The translations under genes were made by a program, and so were the position numbers. The notes under the pieces were generated by a model that saw nothing but the letters and a program-made list of their open reading frames with translations, had not been told where the DNA came from and did not search any database. From contig CAVWGN010000001.1 in the NCBI GenBank assembly GCA_963754655.1, positions 800,001-864,000 of the forward strand: a stretch of DNA of 64,000 bases, in the 5' to 3' direction. Origin of the DNA: an uncultured Chlamydiae bacterium (lineage in GTDB: Bacteria > Chlamydiota > Chlamydiia > Chlamydiales > Parachlamydiaceae). Numbering within the stretch: position 1 is the stretch's first letter; each line of letters begins with the position of its first letter. Below are positions 39,264 to 50,095 of the stretch, piece by piece.

Positions 39264-40742
39264 CTATATTTCAATTTCGGGATAAAGGGGGAAATGGCTG
39301 AGTAATTGAGCCACTCGCTTTTGGGCGGCTTCCAAAATGTCGGGCTGGGTAGTGCTATTGGCTTTGCTCGGCTGTCCTGTTTTTTGAACAAGAGTCGGCT
39401 GAGTATGAGAAAGGACAGAGACAATAATATCGGCAATTTCCCGCATTTCGTCTACACCCATGCCAAGCGTCGTCAAAGCAGGCGTTCCAAGTCGAATGCC
39501 TGAAGTATACCAAGGACCTTGAGCATCAAAGGGAATAGCATTACGGTTAACTGTAATATGCGCGGCGCGCAAGGCTGTTTCTGCATGCCGTCCTGTCAAT
39601 CCAAAGCGAGAAACGTCGAGAATCATCAGGTGGTTTTCTGTTCCGCCTGTGACAAGACGGCCTCCCTTTTGTAAGAAACTGTCAGCCAAAGAGCGGGCAT
39701 TATCGACAATTTTTTGTGAATAGATTTTAAAGCTAGGACTGTTGGCTTCCTTAAACGCCACTGCTTTGGCAGCCATGACGTGGGGGAGAGGTCCACCAAG
39801 AACAACAGGACAGCCTTTATCAATGGATTCACTAAATTCTCGCGTGCATAAGATAAATCCTCCTCTTGGACCTCGAAGCGTTTTATGCGTGGTAGAGGTA
39901 ACGACATGGGCATAAGGAATCGGATTAAATTCGTCTGTAAAGACTCCGCCTGCAACGAGGCCAGCAAAGTGAGCCATATCAACAAGCAAAACAGCACCCA
40001 CTGAATCTGCGATCTCGCGCATTTTTGCAAAATTGAGGCGGCGTGGATGAGCAGAATAGCCAGCCATCAAAATCAGGGGTTTTTCCTTTTCCACTTGCTT
40101 GGCAAGAACCGCATAATCGAGAAGCTCGGTTTGAGGATCGACATCATAAAGAACAGCGCGCAGCATTTTAGAGGAAATATTGTGGCGGTAGCCATGCGTC
40201 AAATGACCCCCTGAATTTAAAGACATTCCCATAAGTTTTTGATTGACAAGCAGCTGCCTAATTGTTTCATATTCTTCAGGAGTCAATTCATCTAGCGATT
40301 TTTTTCCTATTTTTTCAAGACTTGGGTTTTGAATGCGATGGATCAAAATGGCCCATAAGGCAACTAAATTGGCATCAGCTCCTGAATGAGGTTGAACATA
40401 GGCGTGTTCGCATTGAAAAAGCTGCATCAGCTCTTGTTGAGCTAATTCCTCAATTGTATCGACATTGTCGCAGCCTGCATAAAACCGGTGACGGGCATAG
40501 CCTTCTGCATATTTATCTGTTAGAAGATTGCCCATAGCCAATTGCACGGCTAGGGAAGAGAAGTTCTCCGAAGCAATGAGTTTTAAATGAGAACGCTCGT
40601 CTTTTAATTCTTGCAAAATACTCGCGGTAACAGAGGGCGAAATTGTTTCAATATGGTCAAGGGAAGCTAAGTAAGCAATCGCAGCAGCATGAGAGGCATT
40701 AGCAGGGTGTTTAGAGAGAAAGCGTTGCAGACGAGAGACCAT
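39264..40742 (-). CDS. glyA: Serine hydroxymethyltransferase
   Basis: LIASEN, KYAEG, QPHSG, GGHLTHG, TTHKTLRGPRGG, SGIRLGTP. Confidence 0.97.
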   Translation of the reverse strand: MVSRLQRFLSKHPANASHAAAIAYLASLDHIETISPSVTASILQELKDERSHLKLIASENFSSLAVQLAMGNLLTDKYAEGYARHRFYAGCDNVDTIEELAQQELMQLFQCEHAYVQPHSGADANLVALWAILIHRIQNPSLEKIGKKSLDELTPEEYETIRQLLVNQKLMGMSLNSGGHLTHGYRHNISSKMLRAVLYDVDPQTELLDYAVLAKQVEKEKPLILMAGYSAHPRRLNFAKMREIADSVGAVLLVDMAHFAGLVAGGVFTDEFNPIPYAHVVTSTTHKTLRGPRGGFILCTREFSESIDKGCPVVLGGPLPHVMAAKAVAFKEANSPSFKIYSQKIVDNARSLADSFLQKGGRLVTGGTENHLMILDVSRFGLTGRHAETALRAAHITVNRNAIPFDAQGPWYTSGIRLGTPALTTLGMGVDEMREIADIIVSVLSHTQPTLVQKTGQPSKANSTTQPDILEAAQKRVAQLLSHFPLYPEIEI

Positions 40743-41025
40743 AAAAAACTCCTTTCAATGAACAAATAGACAGACGTCCTATTGTGTCTCACTTGTGTGT
40801 TTTATGCAAGCAAGAGATGAGCTTAGGCGAAGCGGCGTGGCGACTGAATACGTCATATAGCCGCCAAACATTTTAAGCTAATGTGATTGGACTGTAGCAT
40901 CAAAGTCAGATGGATTTTAAATGTGTCAGTGCTGGATGAGAAAAGGACAAAGAATATAAAGGACAAAAAAAGCAACCTCTTTTTGTCCCTTATGATCTAT
41001 TATTTTCATAGCCTTCGGTCAAAAT

Positions 41026-42432
41026 TTAGCTAAGATCAACTACCGAAGTCGCGCATTCTTCATAATACTTAAATTGGGTAATATAGAGCTGTTTCGACTG
41101 CTTATCATATGACATCTGTGTAATAGGTAAATCTTTTGCCAATTGGATATCTTTCATAAGAGTTTCTGTTTTAAGATCCCATACACAGCAATTGTCAACA
41201 CTATAACCAGCTCCTGTAATCAATAAATCAAATTCAGGTAAATAAAGCATGCATGAAACAAGATGAGAGAAGTCTTTGTCATCTACAGCCATAAAGTGGT
41301 TGATAAGTTCGCCTGTTGCGACATCCCAGATGCGAATCCAAATGCGCATCCAATTTGGCTTATGATCATCTGGAAGTTCCGAGCATGCAATTAATCGATT
41401 GCTCTTTTCATCATAATCCCATCTTATAATGTTTTCTCCTTTCTTTAAATCAAAGGATTGTATTTGACGACAATTGGGCACATCGTGAACCACAAGTGTG
41501 TTGTTTGGATTTAAGTAAATTAAAAGACCTTTCTCCTCAGAATAGACGCTGAGAGTATCCTTAGAACAATCAAATTCTTGTAAAATGGATTGATCATTTA
41601 ATTGAATAAGTTTGATTTTATGACCTCTAGAAAACACAACCCAATTTCTCTCTGCATCATGATACATAAAAGGAGACTGATGAATCGTTCGATCAGTGAG
41701 AACAGAGTCAGAAGAAGCATGCAAAGGAGAGGAATGAACAAGATTAAATTGTTTTAAATTAGCAGCAGACCAACAATGAGCAAAGATGGGCCTAAAAGAT
41801 CCATCTGCCAAGCTTGCAATTTCTTTTCCTGTATCAAATTGACGAAAAAGAGAACCGTCTAGATTCCAAATTCCCAAGGTATGTGTTTTCAATCCGCCTA
41901 TGATTTGTTGATGAACCGGGTCAATCTTCAAATGCCTCAATTCGACGTCGTAGTCATTTAGCATCAACTTTTCTTTCAGATGACCGGTCTTTAAGTCGTA
42001 AATTGCTCCTTTTTCTTTAAAGGCAACGCCTGGTTTCTTTTCGCCCCAGCCTACAACCAAAATGCCCATTGCTACATCATGAACTGCTATAGAAACATGT
42101 TGTGATAGATTTACAAGAGTGACTTTCGCATGATTCAAGTTTGGAGCTGTCTCCACTTTTTCTTCAATTTCATCATCGCCCATGACTTCGATTAATTCAA
42201 TTTCTTTTCTTTCTTCTTTTTTTTCATCCTCTATGACATCTATTTCTTCTTTAGGCAATTCTTGCGCCTTGAAACAACAAAAGCGATAAAAGGCATAACC
42301 CAGAGCTGCGCAACTAAAAAGGGAGAGTACACATACGGCAACCTTCTTTTGCAAAGGAGTTAATTGATTAGCTAAATTGACTTTCACATAGTTGCAACAG
42401 TTTGAAAAAACAGCGGACAAAGAGGTGTTCAT
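41026..42432 (-). CDS. Membrane-anchored WD40-repeat protein (candidate effector)
   Basis: QKK-TM-Cys leader; IYDLKTG, IWNLDG, IRIWDVATG, CVWDLKT. Confidence 0.78.
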   Translation of the reverse strand: MNTSLSAVFSNCCNYVKVNLANQLTPLQKKVAVCVLSLFSCAALGYAFYRFCCFKAQELPKEEIDVIEDEKKEERKEIELIEVMGDDEIEEKVETAPNLNHAKVTLVNLSQHVSIAVHDVAMGILVVGWGEKKPGVAFKEKGAIYDLKTGHLKEKLMLNDYDVELRHLKIDPVHQQIIGGLKTHTLGIWNLDGSLFRQFDTGKEIASLADGSFRPIFAHCWSAANLKQFNLVHSSPLHASSDSVLTDRTIHQSPFMYHDAERNWVVFSRGHKIKLIQLNDQSILQEFDCSKDTLSVYSEEKGLLIYLNPNNTLVVHDVPNCRQIQSFDLKKGENIIRWDYDEKSNRLIACSELPDDHKPNWMRIWIRIWDVATGELINHFMAVDDKDFSHLVSCMLYLPEFDLLITGAGYSVDNCCVWDLKTETLMKDIQLAKDLPITQMSYDKQSKQLYITQFKYYEECATSVVDLS

Positions 42433-42612
42433 AAAATACCTTGTTGGATTTAATATTAAGATTTTAATTTTGTAGTGAGTATGGTAATAAATTAACGTTT
42501 TAATTTCAAGGTCTTAAAATCTTTTTCAGATAAAAAATGTTGATTAAATTTATTAGTAGATTGTAAACTAAAGTCTTGTTATCTAATTTATTGTAAATAG
42601 AAGGATTTTTAT

Positions 42613-43035
42613 ATGTTGCCTTTACCTATAGCTTTTGATTTACCACTTCCTAAATTAACTCGATTACCGCAAGGGGCTTTAATGGCGGGAGGAATGGGAT
42701 ATATTTATGGAAAGGTTACAGATGTCCCAGCATTCACTTGCGCAAAGCTTTTTACGATTATGCATTTGGCAAATTCCATTCTTTTTCTCTTGGTAAAAAC
42801 TAGGCTAGGTCTTGAGGAGAAGAGATATAACGAGCAGCAGCTAAGACTCGTTCTTCTTTGTACAACGGCTCTAACCCACGTCATTGGGATTATTGCAATG
42901 AGACATTTTGAGTTAATCGGAACCAAGGGTACGGTTGTTTGGAGTCTTTTGAGTTTAGGCGTATGCTTGGCGCAACTCAATCAAGGGTTAAACATACTGG
43001 ACGAAAAAATGTTTGATTTGAGCGACGTCATGTGA
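42613..43035 (+). CDS. Hypothetical membrane protein
   Basis: 140 aa with several hydrophobic segments; AAGGA RBS. Confidence 0.65.
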   Translation: MLPLPIAFDLPLPKLTRLPQGALMAGGMGYIYGKVTDVPAFTCAKLFTIMHLANSILFLLVKTRLGLEEKRYNEQQLRLVLLCTTALTHVIGIIAMRHFELIGTKGTVVWSLLSLGVCLAQLNQGLNILDEKMFDLSDVM

Positions 43036-43062
43036 ATTTTTCAGAGTTCTTTCAAGGCAGTG

Positions 43063-43090
43063 AGTAAGGCGAAAGAGGTTTCGCCTTACT
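43063..43090. terminator. Hairpin between convergent genes
   Basis: AGTAAGGCGAAA-GAGG-TTTCGCCTTACT. Confidence 0.65.
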
Positions 43091-43101
43091 TGGATACTCT
43101 T

Positions 43102-43560
43102 TTAATAAAAATGAGGCGTATATAAAAGAGTAGAGCATGCATTCAAATGGTGATTGTCACCATTCTCATAGACGCGATCATTGATTAAAATTTTAAATTC
43201 GCAATGATTAAAATGAGCATCTGTTTCCCACACCCACTCATCGGGCTTGGTATTTTTAAGAGGTTGTCCTTTATCCCAGCTTAAATTAGCTCCTTTACCG
43301 CGAATGTAGAGCTGATTGGGAAAACCTGCGTCATATTTAATCGTGACGCGTGTTTTAGAAGACGCTTTTTTGTCTGTTTGAGTATCATATTGCGGCTTAG
43401 TTGACTGAGGAGAATAGGACTTAGTGGATGTTTGATCTGTTGTTTTAGTTGGTTGGCAGCAGCCATGATGACTCTCGTGAGTAGCATCTGATGGAGAAGT
43501 GCCTTTCGCAGCTTTGCTGCTTTTCACTTCCGTTTTAAGGTTATCTTTTTTAGTTAACAT
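43102..43560 (-). CDS. Protein with C-terminal CBM20-like (starch/glycogen-binding) domain
   Basis: LYIRG...LSWDKG...WVWE...EFKILIND...ENGDN; disordered N-terminus. Confidence 0.7.
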   Translation of the reverse strand: MLTKKDNLKTEVKSSKAAKGTSPSDATHESHHGCCQPTKTTDQTSTKSYSPQSTKPQYDTQTDKKASSKTRVTIKYDAGFPNQLYIRGKGANLSWDKGQPLKNTKPDEWVWETDAHFNHCEFKILINDRVYENGDNHHLNACSTLLYTPHFY

Positions 43561-43864
43561 AGGGATACCTCATATTTGATTTGAATGGTTTAAACATTGA
43601 TGTCTAACTTCCTATTGTATTGGCATCTATGGAAATGTCTGTCAATAAAAAATTGAATTCTTAGAGATAAACAGGTATAATAGAGAAAGAACAAAGGAAA
43701 ACTTGTCAGAAATTGATTGCATATCCCTTGAATATTATTCTTTAACAGATTATCCTATTTGTACTGCTCGTTTCAACGACAAGATTGGTTGCTTTCTTTT
43801 TTTTAATTATCTTTTACGATAAGATAGTTTAATTGCCATTTTTGACTTAGCTTAAGGAAAAAAT

Positions 43865-44632
43865 ATGCTAGATGCCCTTAAAGTGATCTTAGAAATTCAA
43901 GAATTAGATATGAAAATGATTCAGCTCATGCATTTGAAGCGTCAAAGGCAAAAAGAGCTGGACAGTATTAATGCGAATAAGAACTCTTTACGTCAACGTG
44001 TGACAGATAAAGAAGCAGAAATTTTTGAAATCAAGAAATTGATTCGATTAGCAGAAGGCGAACATAACGAGATTTTAGCCAAACTTAAAAAATTGGAATC
44101 TCAACAAAATGCCATTAAGAAAGTCGATGAATATAACGCGATTACACATGAAATTTCGGGTGCTGATCGCGAGCGCTTGACAAAAGAGCAACGCTTGAGT
44201 GATTTTTATGATAAATTGGCAGCTGAAGAAGAAGTTCTTACAAGTTTAAATGAAAATTTAACGTCGACGACAGAAAGTTCTAAAATTCTCGAAATCGAAA
44301 TTCATGAAAGTATTCGACAAATTAATGATGAAGGACGTGTCCTTAAAGAACAGCGCGATCAACTCGTCGAACAGGCAGATCCCGAAGTTTTTAAAGTGTA
44401 TGAACGCTTGCTCGGCAATAAGAAAGATAGGGTTGTTGTCCCTCTTGAGAATCGCTGCTGCAGCGGCTGCCATATTATGCTGACGGCTCAACATGAAAAT
44501 CTTGTCAGACGGGGAGAGCGTCTTGTGTTTTGCGAACACTGTTCACGCATTCACTATTGGCAAGAAAGCAAGGCTTTAGAAGATACCGTCGTGGCTACAA
44601 AACAGCGTCGCCGCCGTTCTTCAAAAGTTTAA
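43865..44632 (+). CDS. cdsZ: Coiled-coil/C4 zinc-ribbon protein CdsZ
   Basis: IQELDMKMI, CSGCH...CEHCSRI; adjacent to rnpB. Confidence 0.85.
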   Translation: MLDALKVILEIQELDMKMIQLMHLKRQRQKELDSINANKNSLRQRVTDKEAEIFEIKKLIRLAEGEHNEILAKLKKLESQQNAIKKVDEYNAITHEISGADRERLTKEQRLSDFYDKLAAEEEVLTSLNENLTSTTESSKILEIEIHESIRQINDEGRVLKEQRDQLVEQADPEVFKVYERLLGNKKDRVVVPLENRCCSGCHIMLTAQHENLVRRGERLVFCEHCSRIHYWQESKALEDTVVATKQRRRRSSKV

Positions 44633-44646
44633 AATTCAATTTTTAT

Positions 44647-45004
44647 CTGGGAAGACATGTCATCGCTTTCCATTTAAATGGAAAGAGGAAAGTCTGGACT
44701 TCGCAGGAGAGGATACCAGTGAAAGACTGGGGGCCGCAAGGCTACGGAAAGTATAACAGAAAGTACTCCGCTGCCTAATTTCGGTTAGGCAGACAGGGTG
44801 AAATGCCAGGCTTTAAGAGCTTGGCCTGATTTGAGGAGACTCAAACGGCGATAAACCCTATCCGAAGCAAGACCGAAAATGAGCCATCCTGTTCTCCGCA
44901 GGGCTCAAGAAGTGTCGCTTGAGAATGTTGGTGACAACATTCCTAGAAGAATGATGACAGGCTAATGATCTTAGCTCACAGAATCCGGCTTACCGTCTTC
45001 CCAG
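44647..45004 (+). ncRNA. rnpB: RNase P RNA (type A)
   Basis: GAGGAAAGTCTGGAC and ACAGAATCCGGCTTA conserved P4 halves; CTGGGAAGAC/GTCTTCCCAG P1 helix. Confidence 0.96.
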
Positions 45005-45023
45005 ATTTTTTCATTCTGAAATT

Positions 45024-45963
45024 CTAGTACTCAACCACACTAGTTTTAGCCTATTGGGGCTGCTTCAAAGCCCCGGGTTAGGGTGTTCATTTTGTGCAAA
45101 AAATGAGCTTTATTTTTCACAATAATTGGCATAGTTGAATTGAAGGTCGCATGTTTATGCCGTCCTTTCAGGACTCGATGTCTTTTTGATAGAACCCAGG
45201 CCTCCGCTTCGCTGCGACCTGGGGCGTGTTTGAAAAACATTACCAATGTGTGATATAAATTATAATAAACGCAATTATAACCACTCCTCTAAATATTTTT
45301 CCTAACTTATCGTAACGAGTAGCAATTCGTCTAAAAGTTTTTAGTTTTTGGAAAAAATTCTCCACAACCTTTCTTTTTTTATACAAACGCTTGCTATAGG
45401 GAATTTCATCAGTTCTCTTTGGGTGACTTGGAATGACAGCTCGTTCCTTTCTTTTCATTAAATAGTATCTAATTTCATCTGTATCATAAGTTAGATCTGC
45501 TATAACATTTCTTGCTCGTTTCCCATTTAATAGAGATTTAGCAAATAAATTATCATTTCTATTTCCGGGAGCAATTTTTAATTTTAATGGTTGCCCTTCA
45601 GCATTAACTACAACATGAATTCTTGTTGACCAACCACCTTGTGTCTTTCCAATTCCATTAAATGTTTTTCCTCCAAAACCTCCCATTGCATTTTGATGTA
45701 CTTTAACACTTGTAGAATCAACATGACGGCCCTTCAGGCCTAACAAAAAGATGATTTAGGGACTATAGAAGAGGGACCTAAACATCCCTTGTTAAGGCCT
45801 GAAGGGCCGTTATGTTACAGCCCAGGTCGCAGCGAAGCGGAGGCCTGGGTTCTATCAAAAAGACATCGAGTCCTGAAAGGACGGCATAAACATGCGACCT
45901 TCAATTTAACTATGCCAATTATTGTGAAAAATAAAGCTCATTTTTTGCACAAAATGAACACCC
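45024..45963. mobile_element. Element A left arm + element B (45081-45963) interrupted by a truncated IS
   Basis: CTAGTACTCAACCACACTAGTTTT...GCTTCAAAGCCCCGGG, then B arms matching 10455-10848. Confidence 0.85.
45222..45721 (-). mobile_element. Truncated IS5-family element (IS-B), 3' half only
   Basis: Nearly identical to 59619-60118; one TIR GGGCGTGTTTGAAAAAC; RRIATRYDK motif. Confidence 0.9.
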
Positions 45964-46001
45964 TAACCCCGGGTGGGATGAGAAAACAAGGGCTAAAAAC
46001 C

Positions 46002-46059
46002 AAATTTTTTTAATAAAAACACCTTGGATTTTGAGCCATCAATTAAAAGAATTTCTCTT
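46002..46059. repeat. Solo arm of element C
   Basis: Near reverse complement of 59245-59297; similar to 60521-60549. Confidence 0.7.
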
Positions 46060-46088
46060 GTCGCTTCGCTAGACTTTAAAGAAAATTC

Positions 46089-46763
46089 TTAATCTAAATC
46101 TTGGCGGCCAATTCCTTCAAAAAATTCTCGTCTAAGTTTTTCATCAGAATCAAACTGACCGCGCAAAACATTGGTGAGCATTCGGCTGTTTTCATCTTGA
46201 ATGCCGCGTACCATGACGCAATAATGCCGGGCATGGATAGAAACGGCGATATCATTTGTTTGAAGAAGAATCGCTAAGCTGTCTGCAATTTGAGCGGTCA
46301 AACGTTCTTGGAGTTGGGGGCGGCACGCAAAAAAACGGACAAGGCGTGGAATTTTAGAAATTCCAATGAGCTTATTTGCAGGTAGGTAAGCAACATAGGC
46401 AAAGCCAGTCATGGGAACAAAATGGTGCTCACAAAAACTCGTAAAGCCCACTTTGATAAATACCATGTGAGATTTATGCTCATGATGGATTTCATCTTTG
46501 AAAAAGCTAATATCTGGAAAATTGGCTTCATTAAGGCCTGAAAACACCTCTTGAACATACATCTTAGCAACGCGTTCGGGGGTTTTCGTGATTGAGTCAT
46601 CTGTCATGTCCAGACCTAAAATCTCCATGATCTCTCGGAATCGATCCGCAATTAGGCGAATTTTTTCTTCATCAGATTGGAGAAATTTCTCTTTCAGAAT
46701 TGGAGAGGGAAAATGAGTGATAGCGGGAGAGGGAATGTGTGCTTTTTTACTTATCTTGTTCAT
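46089..46763 (-). CDS. folE: GTP cyclohydrolase I
   Basis: TPERVAKMY, SFCEHHFVP, ISKIPR, QLQERLT, HYCVMVRG. Confidence 0.95.
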   Translation of the reverse strand: MNKISKKAHIPSPAITHFPSPILKEKFLQSDEEKIRLIADRFREIMEILGLDMTDDSITKTPERVAKMYVQEVFSGLNEANFPDISFFKDEIHHEHKSHMVFIKVGFTSFCEHHFVPMTGFAYVAYLPANKLIGISKIPRLVRFFACRPQLQERLTAQIADSLAILLQTNDIAVSIHARHYCVMVRGIQDENSRMLTNVLRGQFDSDEKLRREFFEGIGRQDLD

Positions 46764-46798
46764 ACCTATCCTTTCGAATCCACAAGCGGTTTTGTCTG

Positions 46799-48385
46799 CT
46801 AATATTCTTGCTTTCTCGCTAAATAATCATCTAGTTTCCCATCAAAAAGATGAATTCCATCTTCCTCGAAAGCAATAATTTTAGTTGCGACCGTGGAAAT
46901 TAAATCACGATCATGGCTCGCGACAACGACGCTGCCCTTGTATTCTTCTAATCCCCAGGCTAAGGCAGAAACCGCTTCAAGGTCCAAGTGGTTATTGGGT
47001 TCGTCTAGAATAAGAAAGTTATGATCAGATAACAACATCCCCGCCAAAATTAAACGCGCTGTTTCGCCTCCAGAAAGAGTGGCAACCGACTTAAAGGCAT
47101 CATCTCCGCCAAACAACATTTTTCCCATCACGCTGCGAATTTCTTGGTCATAGATGCCAGGACGTCGTTCTTTGAGCCAATCAAAAGCAGTTTTAGAGCT
47201 TGATTTACCGACAATTTCGGAATGATTTTGAGGGAAATAACTGATGAGGACTTGATGACCAAGCTCAATTTGTCCTTTGTCAGGTGCCATTGCGCGCGCT
47301 AACATTTTGAGCAAAGTTGTCTTTCCACGGCCATTGCTTCCAATCACGCCAATTTTATCTCCGCGTGAGATTTCAATTGAAAAAGAGCGAATGACTTGTA
47401 AATCATCATAGCCTTTAGAGATATTTTCCACTTTTAGTAAAATTTTTCCAGGCGCCTTTTCAGCAGGAATAAATCGAATATAGGGACGTTGGATATTTGT
47501 TTTTTTGAGATCTTGCGGTTGTAAACGGTTGATTTCGCGCAGGCGCGATTGCACCTGGCTGGCCCGTGTTCCTGCACCAAAACGAGCCACAAACTCTCGC
47601 AACTGAGTAATTTTTTTTTCCTTTGTTTTGGCGTCCGCGTCTGCTCGTTCGCGCACAGAAGTTTTAGCCACAATCATATCGTCGTAATTTCCGGGATAGA
47701 TAATGATGGTTTCATAGTCAATGTCAGCAATATGCGTCGTGACCGAATTGAGGAAATGGCGGTCATGGCTGATCACAATTAATGTTCCCTTGTACTTGTA
47801 CAGGAAACTTTCCAGCCAGCCAATCGACTCAAGGTCTAAGTGGTTGGTCGGTTCATCGAGCAGGAGAGCCTGCGGTTCGCCAAATAAAGATTGAGCAAGC
47901 AGGACGCGGAACTGCATATCGATGGGGATTTCATGCATTTTTGCTTGGAAATACTCCTGTGGAATGCCCATGCCCGCTAACAGAACTTCGGCATTGGATT
48001 CAGCAGAATAGCCATCTTCTTCGGCAATCATACCCTCTAATTCTCCCAAACGCATGCCAATGTCGTCTGACATCTCCACTTCATAGAGGCTATCGCGCTC
48101 TTTAAAGGCATCCCATAAACGTTGATTGCCCATGATGATCACATCTAGGACGCGTTCATTTTTGTAGTCTTCAATATTTTGGCGCAAAATGCCTACACGA
48201 TCAGGAAGCGTCACTGTTCCTGCTGTGGGATCTTCTAGACCCATGATAATTTTCAATAGAGTCGTTTTTCCTGCACCATTGGGCCCTGTTAAACCATAAC
48301 GATTGCCGGCATTAAAGGTAATGGTGACGTCATCAAATAAAATCCGACTGCCAAAACTTTTTGAGACTTTAGAAAGTGTAATCAT
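46799..48385 (-). CDS. ABC-F family ATPase (YbiT-like)
   Basis: Two ABC domains (GPNGAGKT, GSNGRGKT), LDEPTNHLD, LSGGE; no TM segments; start placed at MITL. Confidence 0.92.
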   Translation of the reverse strand: MITLSKVSKSFGSRILFDDVTITFNAGNRYGLTGPNGAGKTTLLKIIMGLEDPTAGTVTLPDRVGILRQNIEDYKNERVLDVIIMGNQRLWDAFKERDSLYEVEMSDDIGMRLGELEGMIAEEDGYSAESNAEVLLAGMGIPQEYFQAKMHEIPIDMQFRVLLAQSLFGEPQALLLDEPTNHLDLESIGWLESFLYKYKGTLIVISHDRHFLNSVTTHIADIDYETIIIYPGNYDDMIVAKTSVRERADADAKTKEKKITQLREFVARFGAGTRASQVQSRLREINRLQPQDLKKTNIQRPYIRFIPAEKAPGKILLKVENISKGYDDLQVIRSFSIEISRGDKIGVIGSNGRGKTTLLKMLARAMAPDKGQIELGHQVLISYFPQNHSEIVGKSSSKTAFDWLKERRPGIYDQEIRSVMGKMLFGGDDAFKSVATLSGGETARLILAGMLLSDHNFLILDEPNNHLDLEAVSALAWGLEEYKGSVVVASHDRDLISTVATKIIAFEEDGIHLFDGKLDDYLARKQEY

Positions 48386-48530
48386 GGTCAAAACCAATTG
48401 GCTAAAAATTAATAAATTCACTCTTCAATAAAGGTAACTTTTGAAACAATGAGGGAAAAACGTAAGAGTGAGAAATCAAGGATAACAAAATGGAAGATCA
48501 GAAACAAGTCTTATGCGAGTGAAAAATAGA

Positions 48531-48568
48531 AATATCAGGACCTTCTATTAAAGAAAGATCCTGATATT
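48531..48568 (-). terminator. Hairpin after 48578-49066
   Basis: AATATCAGGA...TCCTGATATT. Confidence 0.55.
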
Positions 48569-48577
48569 CAATTGAAT

Positions 48578-49066
48578 TTAGTTAGAAAATTCGACTTCTC
48601 CAACCAAAGTCTGCGCATCAAAGAATGTATGGGTTTGGCTACGAACTTTGTTAATGCTATCAACTGTGATAATATTAGGGCCAATGATAGGATTAGTTGT
48701 CACCGTAAGCGTTGCAACATAAGCGTTAGTTGTACAATGATTCTTATGATGATTGCGGTTTCTGCCGCTATGGCTATGATGCCTTGCTTCTACATCATTC
48801 ACTTCAGCAGCGAGATCGTTCGTTTCAGACGTCACAAGGCGTGTCAAAATCTCGTACTTGACTGTCCCTAAAACATCGGCTTCTGGGGTTATTCTTTTAA
48901 TGTCCACAATAAATTCGCTTGGACTAATTGTCGAAAAACTTGGTTCTCCTATAAAATTAGTAATGGCTTGATATTCTAGCACGCTTTCTGCGAGAGCACT
49001 TGTGGCTGCTTGTGCAGATTGAAAACATGCGAAGCAAGCAATAAGAGTAATGGCTAGTTTTTTCAT
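48578..49066 (-). CDS. Exported hypothetical protein with His-rich loop
   Basis: MKK...AQA signal peptide; AAGGAG RBS; HHSHSGRNRNHHKNH. Confidence 0.75.
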   Translation of the reverse strand: MKKLAITLIACFACFQSAQAATSALAESVLEYQAITNFIGEPSFSTISPSEFIVDIKRITPEADVLGTVKYEILTRLVTSETNDLAAEVNDVEARHHSHSGRNRNHHKNHCTTNAYVATLTVTTNPIIGPNIITVDSINKVRSQTHTFFDAQTLVGEVEFSN

Positions 49067-49325
49067 GGTTTGTCTCCTTGTTAAAGGCTGATAGATTGGG
49101 TGACAGAATCCTTCTCTTGAAAAGTTTTATGAGTTTGGGATTCTTAAGAAGTTTCATACTCTTAAATCGGCTTATTGTCAAAAAAAATGATGATTGAATT
49201 CCTTTGGGTATAAAAAAATTATTTTAAATGATTAGGTTGTGGTAATTTTTTTTCTCATTCTTGAATAATTAGTTCGGAGAATGATAAAATTTTTATTAAA
49301 TTAATTATTTTACAAAGGTAATTTT

Positions 49326-49985
49326 ATGTATTGTTCGATTGGCGGTTTTCCCTTTGACCCCTATCCAGCTCATTTAAATTTAAATCCGGAACAAACGGTC
49401 AATACAACCGATCAAACAGATGATAAACAGCCCCTTAAGGTATATGAAGATAGATCGCAAGCAGAGGTTTCTGAGAATCATATTGTTTATTGCGATCAAC
49501 CAGAAGTGAAAGGATTCATTGAGAAAAGCACCTATCAACAAGCTGTTCACCAATTGCCTATCGTCTGCGTTGACATCTTCCTGTACAATCCTAAGTTAGA
49601 AACTTATTTGCTTGTTTATCGCAAAAATGCTCCAGCTAAAGACACTTGGTGGCTGCCGGGGGGACGGCTCCATAAAGGAGAATCTTTTTTTGAGGCAGCT
49701 AAAAGAAAATGCTGGGATGAAGTCAAAGTGAAGGTGCTTCCCCTTAAACAATTGGGAACTTATTCGACAGTGTTTCCCGATTCAGAATGGCAATGTCAAA
49801 CACACACCATCAATACAGTTGTTTTAGCTATCCTCTCTTCAGAGGAAACTCCAGAGGTCAATTTGGAGCATGGAGGTTATCAGTGGCGACACTTGACCCA
49901 ACCACCCGATCTAAAAGATCCTTATCTCAACCACGCTTATCAAGAAGCCCTTAAAAAGATTGCAAAATTGGAAAAAGCTCACTGA
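49326..49985 (+). CDS. NUDIX hydrolase (GDP-mannose hydrolase-like) with N-terminal extension
   Basis: PIVCVDI, RKNAPAKDTWWLPGGRLHKGES...RKCWDE. Confidence 0.82.
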   Translation: MYCSIGGFPFDPYPAHLNLNPEQTVNTTDQTDDKQPLKVYEDRSQAEVSENHIVYCDQPEVKGFIEKSTYQQAVHQLPIVCVDIFLYNPKLETYLLVYRKNAPAKDTWWLPGGRLHKGESFFEAAKRKCWDEVKVKVLPLKQLGTYSTVFPDSEWQCQTHTINTVVLAILSSEETPEVNLEHGGYQWRHLTQPPDLKDPYLNHAYQEALKKIAKLEKAH

Positions 49986-50095
49986 ATGTGAAGTGACTTT
50001 TTCTCAAAATGTCTTGCTTAATTGGAACATTTATATTGACTTACTATATAAATTTTTTTAAAAGGAAACATTGTTTTATGGTTTGAGTCAAAAAA

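Noticed and set aside
40743..40900. Possible ZMP/ZTP riboswitch upstream of glyA (GC-rich hairpin GGCGGCT...AGTCGCC)
   Set aside because: The conserved GACTGGCG and CGCCTGGG pseudoknot elements are not convincingly present; a covariance-model search would be needed
30928..46013. ORFs 30928-31176, 45046-45246 and 45789-46013 (PGRSEAEAWVLSKRH...)
   Set aside because: Incidental frames in element B arms with variable starts and ends
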